A stretch of 64,000 bases of DNA from Alphaproteobacteria bacterium (GTDB lineage Bacteria > Pseudomonadota > Alphaproteobacteria > MPNO01 > UBA2964), in contig WLWZ01000014.1 in the NCBI GenBank assembly GCA_012103315.1, positions 28,959-92,958 of the forward strand. The letters are read 5' to 3'. Below are positions 9,226 to 21,490 of the stretch, piece by piece (position 1 is the stretch's first letter; every line of letters starts with the position of its first letter). The position numbers and the translations under genes were made by a program. The notes beneath the pieces were generated by a model. It worked only from the letters and a program-made list of their open reading frames with translations, was not told the DNA's origin and did not search any database.

Positions 9226-10485
9226 TTGTCTGCAATCCGCCCTCACCCTCAATTCAATATCGAGTTCATAATGGCGACAGCGACTACTGCTCCTGCGAGT
9301 GATCTAAAGGTCATCAGCCTGATTTCGACTGGCCATTGTTTGAGCCATATTTATCAGCTCGCGCTGCCAAACCTGTTCTTTTTGATCACTGTCAAAGAAG
9401 GTTTTAGCATCGCTGAGCTCGCAATCCTGACATCGGTATTCTTTGCAGTGTCGGCAGTTGGCCAGGTGATTGCTGGGTTTATGGTAGACAAGTATGGCGC
9501 CCGCCCGATGTTGTTTGCGGGTTTTTTCCTGATGGCGGTAGCGATTGCCGCCTTTGCCTTTGTGCATTCTTACGCTGCGATGATGGTGCTGTCGTTCCTG
9601 GCTGGATTGGGGAACAGCGTTTTTCATCCGGCAGATTACAGTATTTTGAACGGTAGTATTACTGAGAAGAATGTTGGCAAAGCCTATGGTGTTCATGGGT
9701 TTGGCGGTCTAATCGGATATGCCCTGGCGCCCTTTTCTATGTATTTGATGGGAACGACGTTTGGCTGGCGGGAGACCATGTTGATCCTCGGTGTTATCGG
9801 TTTGGTTGTTGCGGGGTTAATGTGGACGCAACGATCTGACCTCCGAGACAGTGGGCTGGATAAGGGTGTCAGTGCAGGGTCTGTTCGGGACGGTATCGGG
9901 ACATTGTTCCAGCCTGCGACGATCTTTTCTTTTCTGTTCTTCTGTTTTATGGCGATGGGATCTGTCGGTCTGATGACCCTTGGTCCAGATGCCCTTACGG
10001 CCTTTCTCGACCTTTCTCGTGATAAAGCCAGCTTTACAATTTCGCTTCAGCTAACGGGTTCTCTCTGCGGAATTCTCATCGGCGGTATCGTTGCGGATCG
10101 GATCGTCCGTCACGATATGGCGACCGCTGCGATCGTAACGATTGGTGTCCTGTTGCTGTGGACTGTCCCGGCGTTTCAACCGGATAATCTTGCACTTTTG
10201 ATTACAATCTTTGTTGTCTATGGCTTTGCTTATGGCATGGCGCAACCTTCACGCGACATGGTTGTTCGCTCAGTGGCTCCGTCTGGCGCAGCCGGCAAGG
10301 TTTTTGGCTTTACCTATTCTGGTATGGATGTGGGGTCAGCAGTTGCTGTCGGTGTCTTTGGGTTTTTACTCGGGGGTGGTCAAGCGAAACTTGTCTTTAT
10401 CCTGGTCGGTGTCTTCATGATGATTGGTGTGGCAAGCGTGTTATTGGCAAAAGTCACTGCTAAGAGGAAGCAGATTGCCGCATGA
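9226..10485 (+). CDS. MFS transporter (paralogue 1)
   Basis: 12-TM MFS topology with a shared GxGNSVFHPADYS motif. An alternative start at 9271 is possible. Confidence 0.7.
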   Translation: MSAIRPHPQFNIEFIMATATTAPASDLKVISLISTGHCLSHIYQLALPNLFFLITVKEGFSIAELAILTSVFFAVSAVGQVIAGFMVDKYGARPMLFAGFFLMAVAIAAFAFVHSYAAMMVLSFLAGLGNSVFHPADYSILNGSITEKNVGKAYGVHGFGGLIGYALAPFSMYLMGTTFGWRETMLILGVIGLVVAGLMWTQRSDLRDSGLDKGVSAGSVRDGIGTLFQPATIFSFLFFCFMAMGSVGLMTLGPDALTAFLDLSRDKASFTISLQLTGSLCGILIGGIVADRIVRHDMATAAIVTIGVLLLWTVPAFQPDNLALLITIFVVYGFAYGMAQPSRDMVVRSVAPSGAAGKVFGFTYSGMDVGSAVAVGVFGFLLGGGQAKLVFILVGVFMMIGVASVLLAKVTAKRKQIAA

Positions 10486-11711
10486 CCAGCGTTGTTAGCG
10501 GAACTCGTAAAGATGTTAAGCTGATCAGTGTCATCAGCGTCGTCCACCTGTTCAGCCATTTCTACCAACTCACGCTCGCGCCTGTTTTCCCACTCATAAA
10601 ACTCGAGATGGGATTGAGTAACGTCGAGCTGGGGTTCCTCGTGACGGTGTTTTTTATTGCGTCGGCCCTATGCCAGACGCCAGCAGGGTTTTTAGTCGAT
10701 CGATTTGGCGCCAGACCCATATTACTGGGTGGACTGGGTATGCTATCCCTGTCGGTTACCGGATATTCTATTGCCCCGAACTATGAAATGTTTCTCGTCT
10801 TGACCTTTTTGGCTGGGATCGGAAACAGCGTCTTTCATCCTGCTGATTATAGTCTAATGAATAATCTGGTAAGCCCGCATTTAATGGGTCGAGCCTTTAG
10901 TTTTCATACCAATGGAGGTCATTTTGGATTCGCGCTAGGACCGGCTGTGATGGCTTTGTTGGCAGCCTCTATTGGTTGGCGAGATGCCGCAATGGCTGTT
11001 GGTTTGGTTGGGGTGGTCCTTACACTTGTGCTCATTATCTGTGGGGCAAGACTGTTTGAAGGAAGCCAATCCGCTAAAGCGCCCGACGTGGAATCCAAAG
11101 ATCACGCTGAGGCCGAGACGAGTGCAACCTCAATATCGGTGTTGTTCCGTCCATCAATTATTGCCTTTTTTCTGTTTTTTACGATCCTCGCCATGGGGTT
11201 GATCGGCATGCAGAACTTTACCCCGACGGCTCTTGTTGCCGGCCGTGGCTTTGATTTGGTGAGTGCGAGTGGCGCGTTAACCGGCTTTTTGTTTGGCGCG
11301 CCGTTGGGAATATTTTTTGGCGGTTACGCCGCGGACAAAATTCGTCATCAGGACCTGGTAGCGCTTTTCTGCATCATCATAGCTGGTGTTTTGATATTTC
11401 TCGTGCCGGTACTGGAGCTCTCCGGTTTAATATTGACGGTCCAGTTCTTTCTTGCCGGCATCTTCTTTGGCCTCGCCCTCCCTAATCGCGACATGGTTGT
11501 TCGGGCATCTACACCCAAAGGCGCTAGTGGTCGGGTGTTTGGTTTTGTTTATGGCGGATTGGATGCAGGAGCTGCGATTACGCCAGCTATCTATGGCTGG
11601 TTCGTTGATCTTGGCAGGCCTGATTGGGTGTTTTTCAGTTCCGGCGTTTTGCTGTCGATCGCAGCGCTCATAATTTTTACAACCGCGCGGGCAGTCAGAG
11701 CGCGCGGCTAG
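10482..11711 (+). CDS. MFS transporter (paralogue 2, tandem duplicate)
   Basis: Same motif set as the upstream MFS gene (FSHFYQL, NSVFHPADYS). ATGA overlap with the upstream gene. Confidence 0.7.
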   Translation: MTSVVSGTRKDVKLISVISVVHLFSHFYQLTLAPVFPLIKLEMGLSNVELGFLVTVFFIASALCQTPAGFLVDRFGARPILLGGLGMLSLSVTGYSIAPNYEMFLVLTFLAGIGNSVFHPADYSLMNNLVSPHLMGRAFSFHTNGGHFGFALGPAVMALLAASIGWRDAAMAVGLVGVVLTLVLIICGARLFEGSQSAKAPDVESKDHAEAETSATSISVLFRPSIIAFFLFFTILAMGLIGMQNFTPTALVAGRGFDLVSASGALTGFLFGAPLGIFFGGYAADKIRHQDLVALFCIIIAGVLIFLVPVLELSGLILTVQFFLAGIFFGLALPNRDMVVRASTPKGASGRVFGFVYGGLDAGAAITPAIYGWFVDLGRPDWVFFSSGVLLSIAALIIFTTARAVRARG

Positions 11712-11724
11712 ACGAGGTCAGGCT

Positions 11725-13008
11725 ATGAACATCGTCTTTTTTGGACTTGTCGCAGTTGCCTTCAGTGTGACCGCCTGGCGGCAAATATTCTGGCTCCCTA
11801 CAGTCGATAAAGCGGTATCACCGATGCAACAGCTCGGCGTTGGCATGATCGACTCTGCTGGCAGCTCAGTTACCCTGGCGTTAGGGCTTGTTGGTGTGAT
11901 GGCGTTATTCTTGGGTTTGATGAAAGTCGCGGAAGCTGGTGGTTTGTTGACCATCATTGCCAAGCTTGTGCGCCCATTAATGGTACGTGCCTTCCCTGAT
12001 GTCCCAGCTCATCACCCGGCAATGGGTGCCATGATCATGAATATCTCTGCGAATGCCCTGGGGCTGGGAAATGCTGCAACACCGTTTGGCATCCGGGCGA
12101 TGCAGGAGCTTGATAAGCTCAACCCCCATAAAGGAACCGCAACAGACGCCATGGTGTTATTCCTTGCGATCAACACATCGAGTGTGACGCTCTTGCCGAC
12201 GGGCGTAATTGCTTTGCGGGCGGCAACAGGATCAACCGACCCAGCGGGAATCCTTCCGACGACATTGTTCGCGACTATACTGTCTACGACAGTCGCTTTT
12301 ATAGCCGTGAAGTTCTATCGCCGATTTTCAGAACCACCACCTGCAACCGAGGACGTTTCTGATCAAGAAAATGATGGACTTGAAGACGATATTAGCGCTA
12401 GCGGCTATCCCTGGTGGGTTTCGGCTTTAGCTCTTCTGTCGATCGCAGCCTTTGTACCAATCACCGTTATTTACGGTAAGACGATTGCGCCATGGATCAT
12501 TCCCGGCCTGATGATTGGGTTGCTGACCTTTGGTCTGGTCCGCGGCGTACCGGTATATGAGTCTTTCGTGGAGGGCGCGCGTGACGGGTTTCAAGTCGCA
12601 ATTCGGATAATTCCTTATCTCGTCGCGATCCTGGTTGCTGTTGGGATGTTACGTGCCAGCGGTGCGCTTGATCTTTTTGTCAGTTGGGTCGGCCCGGTAA
12701 CGAGTGCTTTTGGTCTTCCCGGTGAGGCACTACCGATGGCATTGCTGCGTCCTCTATCCGGGTCAGGGGCTTATGGAATACTCGCATCGATCATTCAGGA
12801 CCCTTCGGTTGGCCCTGATAGCTACATTGGCTATTTGGTGAGCACCTTGCAGGGTTCAACAGAGACAACTTTCTATGTGCTTGCTGTCTATTTTGGTGCT
12901 GTTCAGATCAAGCGAGCCAGACATGCGCTTGCGGCAGCATTGACGGCCGACTTCGCTGGTATTATCGGCGCGATCCTTGCCTGTTCTCTGCTTTACAGTG
13001 CTCTTTAA
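11725..13008 (+). CDS. Nucleoside-recognition (Gate) domain membrane protein, SpmA/SpmB-like fusion
   Basis: 427 aa with two hydrophobic Gate-like halves separated by an acidic linker. The pattern resembles SpmA/SpmB/YjiG proteins. Confidence 0.5.
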   Translation: MNIVFFGLVAVAFSVTAWRQIFWLPTVDKAVSPMQQLGVGMIDSAGSSVTLALGLVGVMALFLGLMKVAEAGGLLTIIAKLVRPLMVRAFPDVPAHHPAMGAMIMNISANALGLGNAATPFGIRAMQELDKLNPHKGTATDAMVLFLAINTSSVTLLPTGVIALRAATGSTDPAGILPTTLFATILSTTVAFIAVKFYRRFSEPPPATEDVSDQENDGLEDDISASGYPWWVSALALLSIAAFVPITVIYGKTIAPWIIPGLMIGLLTFGLVRGVPVYESFVEGARDGFQVAIRIIPYLVAILVAVGMLRASGALDLFVSWVGPVTSAFGLPGEALPMALLRPLSGSGAYGILASIIQDPSVGPDSYIGYLVSTLQGSTETTFYVLAVYFGAVQIKRARHALAAALTADFAGIIGAILACSLLYSAL

Positions 13009-13093
13009 CAATCTGTTATCGTTTATAAATTCTAAAGACTTACGGCGCATTCTAGGTCGTTCTATCAACTGAGATAACGACAGAAGCGCGACT

Positions 13094-15228
<2,135 letters not shown>

Positions 15229-15571
15229 TCAGAGAATGGGATTAATCTGGGTTAGGTCAATCCTAACCCAGAGCAAATCGAAATAACGAAGTCTTGCATT
15301 AACTGCACATCCCGAAATGCGGGGAAGGCCATCAATGCCGCAAAAAATAGCACCGCCAGGACGATATATTCTGTCTTGCGTTCCTTACTCGTGCTGAGGT
15401 CAGTATCTGGTTCGGTTGGTTTTTCGACCATAGCCAACTTTATCTGTTTCCTGGAAAAACGCCAATCTTTCTCGTCTGCGACAAGAGAGATATCACAGCT
15501 AAATGATAGACAACTTGTATCGGAAAGTAGATCATTACATTTCTGTATAAATCTTGTAATAAGCGGATGAC

Positions 15572-16375
15572 ATGGTGATCGGCAAAACTCTACGCAAATA
15601 CGTTGCTCTGATAGGTGCGTTGACACTTTCGGGATTAGTTTCTGCGCATGCCGGAACACGAACTTATGACATCAACATGTTGCTTGATCAGCCGCATCCC
15701 TTTGCTAGCCAACCCAGCGACCCCTATTTTTCGTCGACATCATCCGTTGCGGTTCCAGTAAGAAATATTAGGGCCCCTGCCCGCATCCCCGGTTTTACCA
15801 CGCCGTCCCGGGCGATACCTCGGTCGGCCGTCCAAAAAACTGCATCTGACAGAATGCGCGGTGCGGCTGTACCCAATAGGGCAATTGCAGCGCTTCCCCA
15901 AAAAAACAAAGGCCTCATTTCTGAAATCAGGGTGGGTTTCCTCGTTCACGATCAAGGTCCCTTTTCTCGTAACGAAGAGGATGGCTTCGATGGAAATTTC
16001 GAGATTCTTTTTAGGTCACCGTCCTGGTTGCAGAAAATTTGGTCGCCGCGTCCTCATATCGGTCTTTCTGTAAACTCTTCGGGCGACACCAGTCAGGCAT
16101 ATGCGGGTTTGACTTGGGAATGGCGATTTTGGAAAAATTGGTTCATAGACTTTAGTCTCGGGGGATCGGTTCATGACGGTAAAAAAACGACGACACGCAT
16201 AGACCGCAAAGAACTTGGTTGCCGACTTCTCTTTAGAGAATCCTTTGAATTAGGATACATATTCAAGGAACGGCACAGCATAACCGGGTTCTTGGACCAC
16301 ATTTCAAATGCGAATATTTGTGATGCGAATGAAGGTCTGGAAAACTTTGGGATTCGCTACGGCTATCGTTTTTGA
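15572..16375 (+). CDS. Outer-membrane acyloxyacyl hydrolase (PagL-like lipid A deacylase) family protein
   Basis: Signal peptide, an HISNA (H-x-S-N) catalytic-type motif near the C-terminus, and a terminal aromatic YRF beta-barrel signature. Confidence 0.5.
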   Translation: MVIGKTLRKYVALIGALTLSGLVSAHAGTRTYDINMLLDQPHPFASQPSDPYFSSTSSVAVPVRNIRAPARIPGFTTPSRAIPRSAVQKTASDRMRGAAVPNRAIAALPQKNKGLISEIRVGFLVHDQGPFSRNEEDGFDGNFEILFRSPSWLQKIWSPRPHIGLSVNSSGDTSQAYAGLTWEWRFWKNWFIDFSLGGSVHDGKKTTTRIDRKELGCRLLFRESFELGYIFKERHSITGFLDHISNANICDANEGLENFGIRYGYRF

Positions 16376-16457
16376 TCCCTGAAAATGGCTTAAAATAAAC
16401 CCTCCGTTAACCAGCACCTAATAACCTCAAACGGACGAAATTTGATGGTTATGCGCA

Positions 16458-16877
16458 ATGCTCACATTTCTTTCGAAAGTAATTTATTCCGGCGTTTTTG
16501 CGTGCGTTTTGGGTTTGGCCGTTTCCCTTTCCTCGTCCGTACAGGCTCAAGCAGAGAAAAAACGGAACATGACCGTCCTTGGTTGCTGGGGAGATGCAGA
16601 TAAAGGCGACAGTGTTGACCTTAAAGTTCACTTTGTCGGAAGTGGATCCATGATTCAGTACGACGAGAATAAAGTGGAGAAACAAAAACGCACATTTGGC
16701 GCTTGGGAGATGCGTAAAGGAAGCCGTTATCTAAAGATCTTTTGGCCAACCGGTGGAACTTCCCAATATTACGTCAAACATATCGGTCCGATTCTGCATT
16801 TCAACGGGATGCGCGGTGCCAAGAACTTCACTTTACGTGCTATCGCCCCGGACAACTGCTGGGAACCGCGGACCTAA
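16458..16877 (+). CDS. Secreted hypothetical protein
   Basis: Signal peptide with an AQA cleavage site and two Cys. No recognisable family. Confidence 0.4.
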   Translation: MLTFLSKVIYSGVFACVLGLAVSLSSSVQAQAEKKRNMTVLGCWGDADKGDSVDLKVHFVGSGSMIQYDENKVEKQKRTFGAWEMRKGSRYLKIFWPTGGTSQYYVKHIGPILHFNGMRGAKNFTLRAIAPDNCWEPRT

Positions 16878-16937
16878 TCTGGTCTTAGCCTGCTTGCACG
16901 AGCCGTGCGCCCGATGCATTCTGCGCGCCATTGAATT

Positions 16938-17480
16938 TTGATGGTGATGGATAATCGTATGGATCCCCAAACATTAATGATCGCTTTCGGCTTTGCCTGG
17001 GGAGCGTGGGTTCTTTATCGAATTCATCAACGACGCTCTAGCAAATCAGACCCTGGGGCGGCGTTAGTTCGGAAGCCTGCGGCAGAGCAAGCGGCGATGC
17101 CGCGTGTTGGTAAGCCTGCTACGCTAACCTTCAATCAGATCAAGGCCCTGCAAGACAATAGCTTTACGCCTGATAAGAATTGGAGCAAGGAAGAGGCAGC
17201 GCTGATCCTGGACGCTGTGAAGTACTTACGGGCCGTTTGCCAGGACATTTCAGATGATGACGACGGTGACCCACCACTGGAAATTCAAAACGCTTTACTC
17301 CGCTATATCCTGACCGAACAGGATATCCGTGATTTTATCCGAAAATGGGGCGAAGATCGTCGCGAACAAGGGTTGGAAGATTATGCAGATGATGATCCTG
17401 AACTTGCCCGAAACGGTCAATATGACAGAGTCAAAACTGAAGCTCAGAAATTTCTGACGAATTCTACCATTGAACGGTAA
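16938..17480 (+). CDS. Hypothetical protein, N-terminal TM anchor plus acidic soluble domain
   Basis: ORF with good coding appearance and one N-terminal TM helix. No family recognised. Confidence 0.35.
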   Translation: MMVMDNRMDPQTLMIAFGFAWGAWVLYRIHQRRSSKSDPGAALVRKPAAEQAAMPRVGKPATLTFNQIKALQDNSFTPDKNWSKEEAALILDAVKYLRAVCQDISDDDDGDPPLEIQNALLRYILTEQDIRDFIRKWGEDRREQGLEDYADDDPELARNGQYDRVKTEAQKFLTNSTIER

Positions 17481-17766
17481 CTTATTGCTTTGTCTATAAA
17501 AAACATAAGTTTGAAAAGCTGGTCTCGGAAATTATCGATAAAATTTTGAAATAACCCCAAAAAAATAGTTGTCTGTTTCCGCGAATTTTATTGCATTCAA
17601 TATCGGAATGCTGAGAAACTAGCGGCAGGTAACACATGATTCTGGTGTAATCTTTGGATTGCCTGAAGGCCCGCTAGTTGAGCTATACAGAGAAATTGTG
17701 GAACCAAGACACCATGTGGTGGCAAATTGCTCCCGCATATGAAAGATGTTTGAAAGGACTATTGAG

Positions 17767-17973
17767 ATGCCGAGTGGAAAAGTTAAATGGTTTAATCCAA
17801 CCAAAGGTTACGGTTTCATTGAGCCCAGCGATGGTAGCCGGGATGCTTTTGTGCACATTTCAGCGGTAGAACGCGCAGGTTTGTCGACTTTAAACGAAGG
17901 TCAGGATATTGAGTTTGAGCTGGTCCCTGGCCAAAACGGAAAATCTTCGGCCGAAAATCTAGTCGTTAAATAA
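17767..17973 (+). CDS. cspA: Cold-shock protein (CspA family)
   Basis: MPSGKVKWFNPTKGYGFI with RNP1/RNP2 motifs, about 68 aa. It follows a long AT-rich 5' leader. Confidence 0.9.
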   Translation: MPSGKVKWFNPTKGYGFIEPSDGSRDAFVHISAVERAGLSTLNEGQDIEFELVPGQNGKSSAENLVVK

Positions 17974-17985
17974 TTTGGTTGTTGT

Positions 17986-18020
17986 GGGGCTGGTCATTGC
18001 CGGCCCCCTCACCTTTTCAT
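17986..18020 (+). terminator. Putative rho-independent terminator downstream of cspA
   Basis: GGGGCTGG-tcattg-CCGGCCCC hairpin followed by a T-rich stretch (ctcaccttttcat). Confidence 0.45.
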
Positions 18021-18083
18021 CCAACAAAAGTTACGGTGGCTGAATCAATCCGGTTAGGCCAGCCGTATCAAGAACTGGCAAAA

Positions 18084-18968
18084 TTAAACCGCAATAGAAT
18101 TTATAAAGCCCATTAGTCTCGCATTAAATGCTTGCGGTTGCTCGCGAAAGCAAAAATGGCCTGCATGATTAAGCACAGCCATCTCGGTCCTTGGTTGATG
18201 TGCGGCGATCAGATCATAAATGATTTCGCCCTGGGCTAAGACGGCTGTTGGGTCGTCTTTCCCCCACATTACAAGCGTTGGGCACTTAATTCCTTTATCT
18301 CGCAAGTCACTAAAGATACGTGAGCGGTCCTCTGCGAGCCTTGGCATGAATTGCTTCTTGCTAAGCCCTCCAATGGTCATTTTTTGATGTGCTTCGATAC
18401 TTTTGGAAAGCGCAGCGACTTCAGAAACCGCATCGAGCCAACTCTTTGTAATATGCGTTGGATTGTGGGAATAGTGCTCAATAATCCAGCGCTGACTTTC
18501 ACGACTTAATCTCGGCTCTGGAGGATGGGCGAGAACTTGTGCGCTTCGAGGGGTGCCGGGAGCGAGTGTATTGGTATCGACAATTGTGCAGGAGGCAATG
18601 AGATCGGCATGATCGAGCGCTAAACGACAGACCAAATATCCGCCCCGAGAATGTCCAGCTACATGGATAGATCGCAAACCAAGTGCCGTTAGAAAATCAA
18701 AAGCGTGAGACACAGTAGCATTCATCGTAAATTCATTATTTTTCAATGGGTTGTCTGTGTAACCTTGACCTAGTTTGTCGACCGCAATGACATGGCAATG
18801 ACGGGAGAGTTCCATAAAATTTAACTCCCAGTCTTCGGCACATTCGCAAAGATTACCTGACCCCATATTGCCGCCGTGGAATAGAACTAGAGATGGCCCC
18901 TGACCTGCCTCGAAATAACGAGTTTTTATACCGTCAACATTGATATATTGCGGATTTGTCATTGCCAT
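18084..18968 (-). CDS. Alpha/beta hydrolase (meta-cleavage product hydrolase BphD/MhpC-like)
   Basis: GHSRGG nucleophile elbow, an HGG oxyanion motif, and about 290 aa of the MhpC-like family. Confidence 0.7.
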   Translation of the reverse strand: MAMTNPQYINVDGIKTRYFEAGQGPSLVLFHGGNMGSGNLCECAEDWELNFMELSRHCHVIAVDKLGQGYTDNPLKNNEFTMNATVSHAFDFLTALGLRSIHVAGHSRGGYLVCRLALDHADLIASCTIVDTNTLAPGTPRSAQVLAHPPEPRLSRESQRWIIEHYSHNPTHITKSWLDAVSEVAALSKSIEAHQKMTIGGLSKKQFMPRLAEDRSRIFSDLRDKGIKCPTLVMWGKDDPTAVLAQGEIIYDLIAAHQPRTEMAVLNHAGHFCFREQPQAFNARLMGFINSIAV

Positions 18969-19026
18969 GGATTTTGCCTATCATTAACCATCAAAATCAC
19001 AGAATTCAGGGAAACAAGACGATCTA

Positions 19027-19809
19027 ATGAAGTTACGCGTTATACCCATTGTAGCCGTTTTACTAGTCTTGTTGAGTGCTGGAACGCATGATGCGCGCGC
19101 AGTTACTGTCAATTTCCAGGGTCTAACGGGCGATGGGCAGGGATTGTTAGGGCATTCATTTGTCTCTGCGGGTTCTATTGCTCATATGTCTGCTTTCTAT
19201 AGCGGCGTCGGTGTTGCGGGGCCTTACACGGCAGTTGTTAGCCCCGACGCTTTTGATACCACAACCGGGAACGAGCTACCCCTTGGCACGAATGCGCCCG
19301 GGACACCCTTCGCCGCAACAACCTTACCAGGCCCCCATGGGTTGGAGGGGCTCGGACTTTCTGGGCCCCTGCATATTAGTGTCAGCGGATTTACCCTTAA
19401 TGTGGGCTCCGTCGTGGATTTGTCCTTCTCCGGATTGATCGAAAACCGTATCTATCGAAACGGAATCGCTGCGATCTTTGAAGAAACTGCACCGGGAGTG
19501 TTCAATCAGGTTGCAAGTTGGTCGAATGCAACTTTTGACATTGATATCGATTATAATACCGGCAACATTACCAATACGTTCAATGGAACTTTGGATCCTG
19601 GCTCTCTTTCTTTTTTCCCTACCGTGTGGACCGGGACGTCATTTGATCCGGTTGATGTTGCAGGAACGTCCTCACAAGGACCATTTGGGGCATTTAGTGT
19701 GACGACATCATTTGACGTCGATACTGCAATCCCTGAACCTGGAAGCCTGTTGGTGTTCGCGATAGGTCTCGTTGGCATGAGTTCACTTCGTCGGAGGCGC
19801 CAAAGCTAA
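19027..19809 (+). CDS. PEP-CTERM sorting-domain secreted protein
   Basis: N-terminal signal peptide. The C-terminus IPEPGSLLVFAIGLVGMSSLRRRRQS has the PEP motif, a TM helix and an Arg cluster. Confidence 0.75.
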   Translation: MKLRVIPIVAVLLVLLSAGTHDARAVTVNFQGLTGDGQGLLGHSFVSAGSIAHMSAFYSGVGVAGPYTAVVSPDAFDTTTGNELPLGTNAPGTPFAATTLPGPHGLEGLGLSGPLHISVSGFTLNVGSVVDLSFSGLIENRIYRNGIAAIFEETAPGVFNQVASWSNATFDIDIDYNTGNITNTFNGTLDPGSLSFFPTVWTGTSFDPVDVAGTSSQGPFGAFSVTTSFDVDTAIPEPGSLLVFAIGLVGMSSLRRRRQS

Positions 19810-19836
19810 TTCAAACCTGCCATAAGCGGAATAATG

Positions 19837-19859
19837 AGCGGCAGTTAGCCGCTTTTTTT
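19837..19859 (+). terminator. Rho-independent terminator
   Basis: AGCGGC-agtta-GCCGCT stem followed by TTTTTTT. Confidence 0.7.
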
Positions 19860-19967
19860 ATGCATTAGGGCTCTGGACCTGACCAGTATTGAAGGACTAT
19901 TTTCAGCAACAGAAATCATTCCCGATGCCATTCGAGCTCAGGGCAATAAATACAAGGATATCGCTAG

Positions 19968-21482
19968 ATGGCTAACAGGAACCAACCGATCCAGGATCTC
20001 CGCGAGTGGATAGATGACGTTGATGAACTTGGTGAACTGGTACGAGTGACAAAACCGGTGGATCGCGATGAAGAGATGGGCGCGATTGCTTATCTGCTTG
20101 GTAAACAAAACCCTTCGCCCACGGTTTTGTTCGAAAGCCCAAACGGGTTTGACGACAATAACCCGATTGGCGCCCGGCTGCTGTGGAACCTGGTTGGCCC
20201 GAGCATCAAGCGTATTGCGATAACGCTCGAAGAACCTGCTGATACACCCACTATTGAATTGATTACGCGCGTCAAAGGCAAAATGGCCAATAAAATTCCG
20301 CCGGTGGAAGTGCCTGCGGATGAGGCGCCGATCTTTACCAATACCTTAACCGGGGACGATGTTGATCTCGATCTGTTGCCGATCCCAACCCATTGGCCGC
20401 TAGATGGTGGACGCTACGGCGGTACCGGCGATTGTGTCATTACGCGAGACCCTGACAACGGGTACCTCAATGTTGGTACCTACCGGATGATGCAACATAG
20501 TAAGAACGAAGTTGGATTGCATCTTTCTCCCGGTAAGGACGCGCGACTACATATCGAACGCGCGTGGGAGCGAGGCGAATCTGTTCCGGTTGCAGCTTGT
20601 TGGGGTGTTGACCCTTTGTTTATGCTGGTTGGTTCTCAGGGCTTCCCAAAGAATATTTCGGAATATGAGTATATCGGTGGGCTTAAAGGCCAGGCTGTCC
20701 CGGTGCTGAAGGCCAAGAACAGTGATTTGTTGATCCCGGCCAATGCTGATTTGATGATTGAAGGGGTAATCGAACCGCAGGCTGTTCGCGCGGAAGGCCC
20801 GTTCGGTGAATTTACTGGCTATTATGGTTCACCTGTCGGACAAGCGCCGCTGGTTAAGGTTACGGCCATTCATTATCGGGATAACCCGATCTTGACCAAT
20901 GCTTTGATGGCAGATTACCCGTCCTGCGAACAAAGTGGGTTCTTCGCGATTATTCGGTCTGCGAAGATTTGGGATGACTTGGATAAGCTCGGCGTGCCTG
21001 GGATTGCGGGAGTTTATGCCCATCCCGCCTCTGCCGGTGGTTATGGGCTGACCGTGGTTAGTCTTGAGCAACGATATGCTGGTCATGCAGCGCAGGCGCT
21101 TTCGTTAGCGGCTCAGGTTCCCGGCGGTGCATTCTTTACCAAGTGGATTGTCGCTGTGGACGAAGACGTCGATCCCTCCAATATGGATGAAGTCCTCTGG
21201 GCTTTGGGCAGTCGCAGCAATCCAATCGATGATATCGATATCCTGCGCAATACCTGGAGTACACCTCTTGATCCTAGCCAGGGCGACCCTGCGTTACGGC
21301 CATACGGATCAAAGGCGCTCATCAATGCCTGTAAGAACCACAAACATCGCGACAAATTCCCCAAGCGCACGGTGTTGCGAAAATCTGTTTATGACAAGGT
21401 TACAGCGAACTGGAAGGAGCTAGACCTTCCAGGCGAGGCACCTGGGGTCATTGTCTTTGAAAAAGAAGACAAAGCTGAATAG
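19968..21482 (+). CDS. UbiD-family (prenylated-FMN-dependent) decarboxylase
   Basis: The N-terminus (IQDLREWIDDVDELGELVRV) and overall layout match the UbiD / non-oxidative aromatic acid decarboxylase family. Confidence 0.8.
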   Translation: MANRNQPIQDLREWIDDVDELGELVRVTKPVDRDEEMGAIAYLLGKQNPSPTVLFESPNGFDDNNPIGARLLWNLVGPSIKRIAITLEEPADTPTIELITRVKGKMANKIPPVEVPADEAPIFTNTLTGDDVDLDLLPIPTHWPLDGGRYGGTGDCVITRDPDNGYLNVGTYRMMQHSKNEVGLHLSPGKDARLHIERAWERGESVPVAACWGVDPLFMLVGSQGFPKNISEYEYIGGLKGQAVPVLKAKNSDLLIPANADLMIEGVIEPQAVRAEGPFGEFTGYYGSPVGQAPLVKVTAIHYRDNPILTNALMADYPSCEQSGFFAIIRSAKIWDDLDKLGVPGIAGVYAHPASAGGYGLTVVSLEQRYAGHAAQALSLAAQVPGGAFFTKWIVAVDEDVDPSNMDEVLWALGSRSNPIDDIDILRNTWSTPLDPSQGDPALRPYGSKALINACKNHKHRDKFPKRTVLRKSVYDKVTANWKELDLPGEAPGVIVFEKEDKAE

Positions 21483-21490
21483 CTCAATCG

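Noticed and set aside
15252-15659. 135-aa minus-strand ORF spanning the frmA-pagL intergenic region
   Set aside because: Its 5' part overlaps the start of the PagL-like gene and has no homology. Only the C-terminal hydrophobic segment looks protein-like, so it is mentioned as a low-confidence micro-ORF rather than called.
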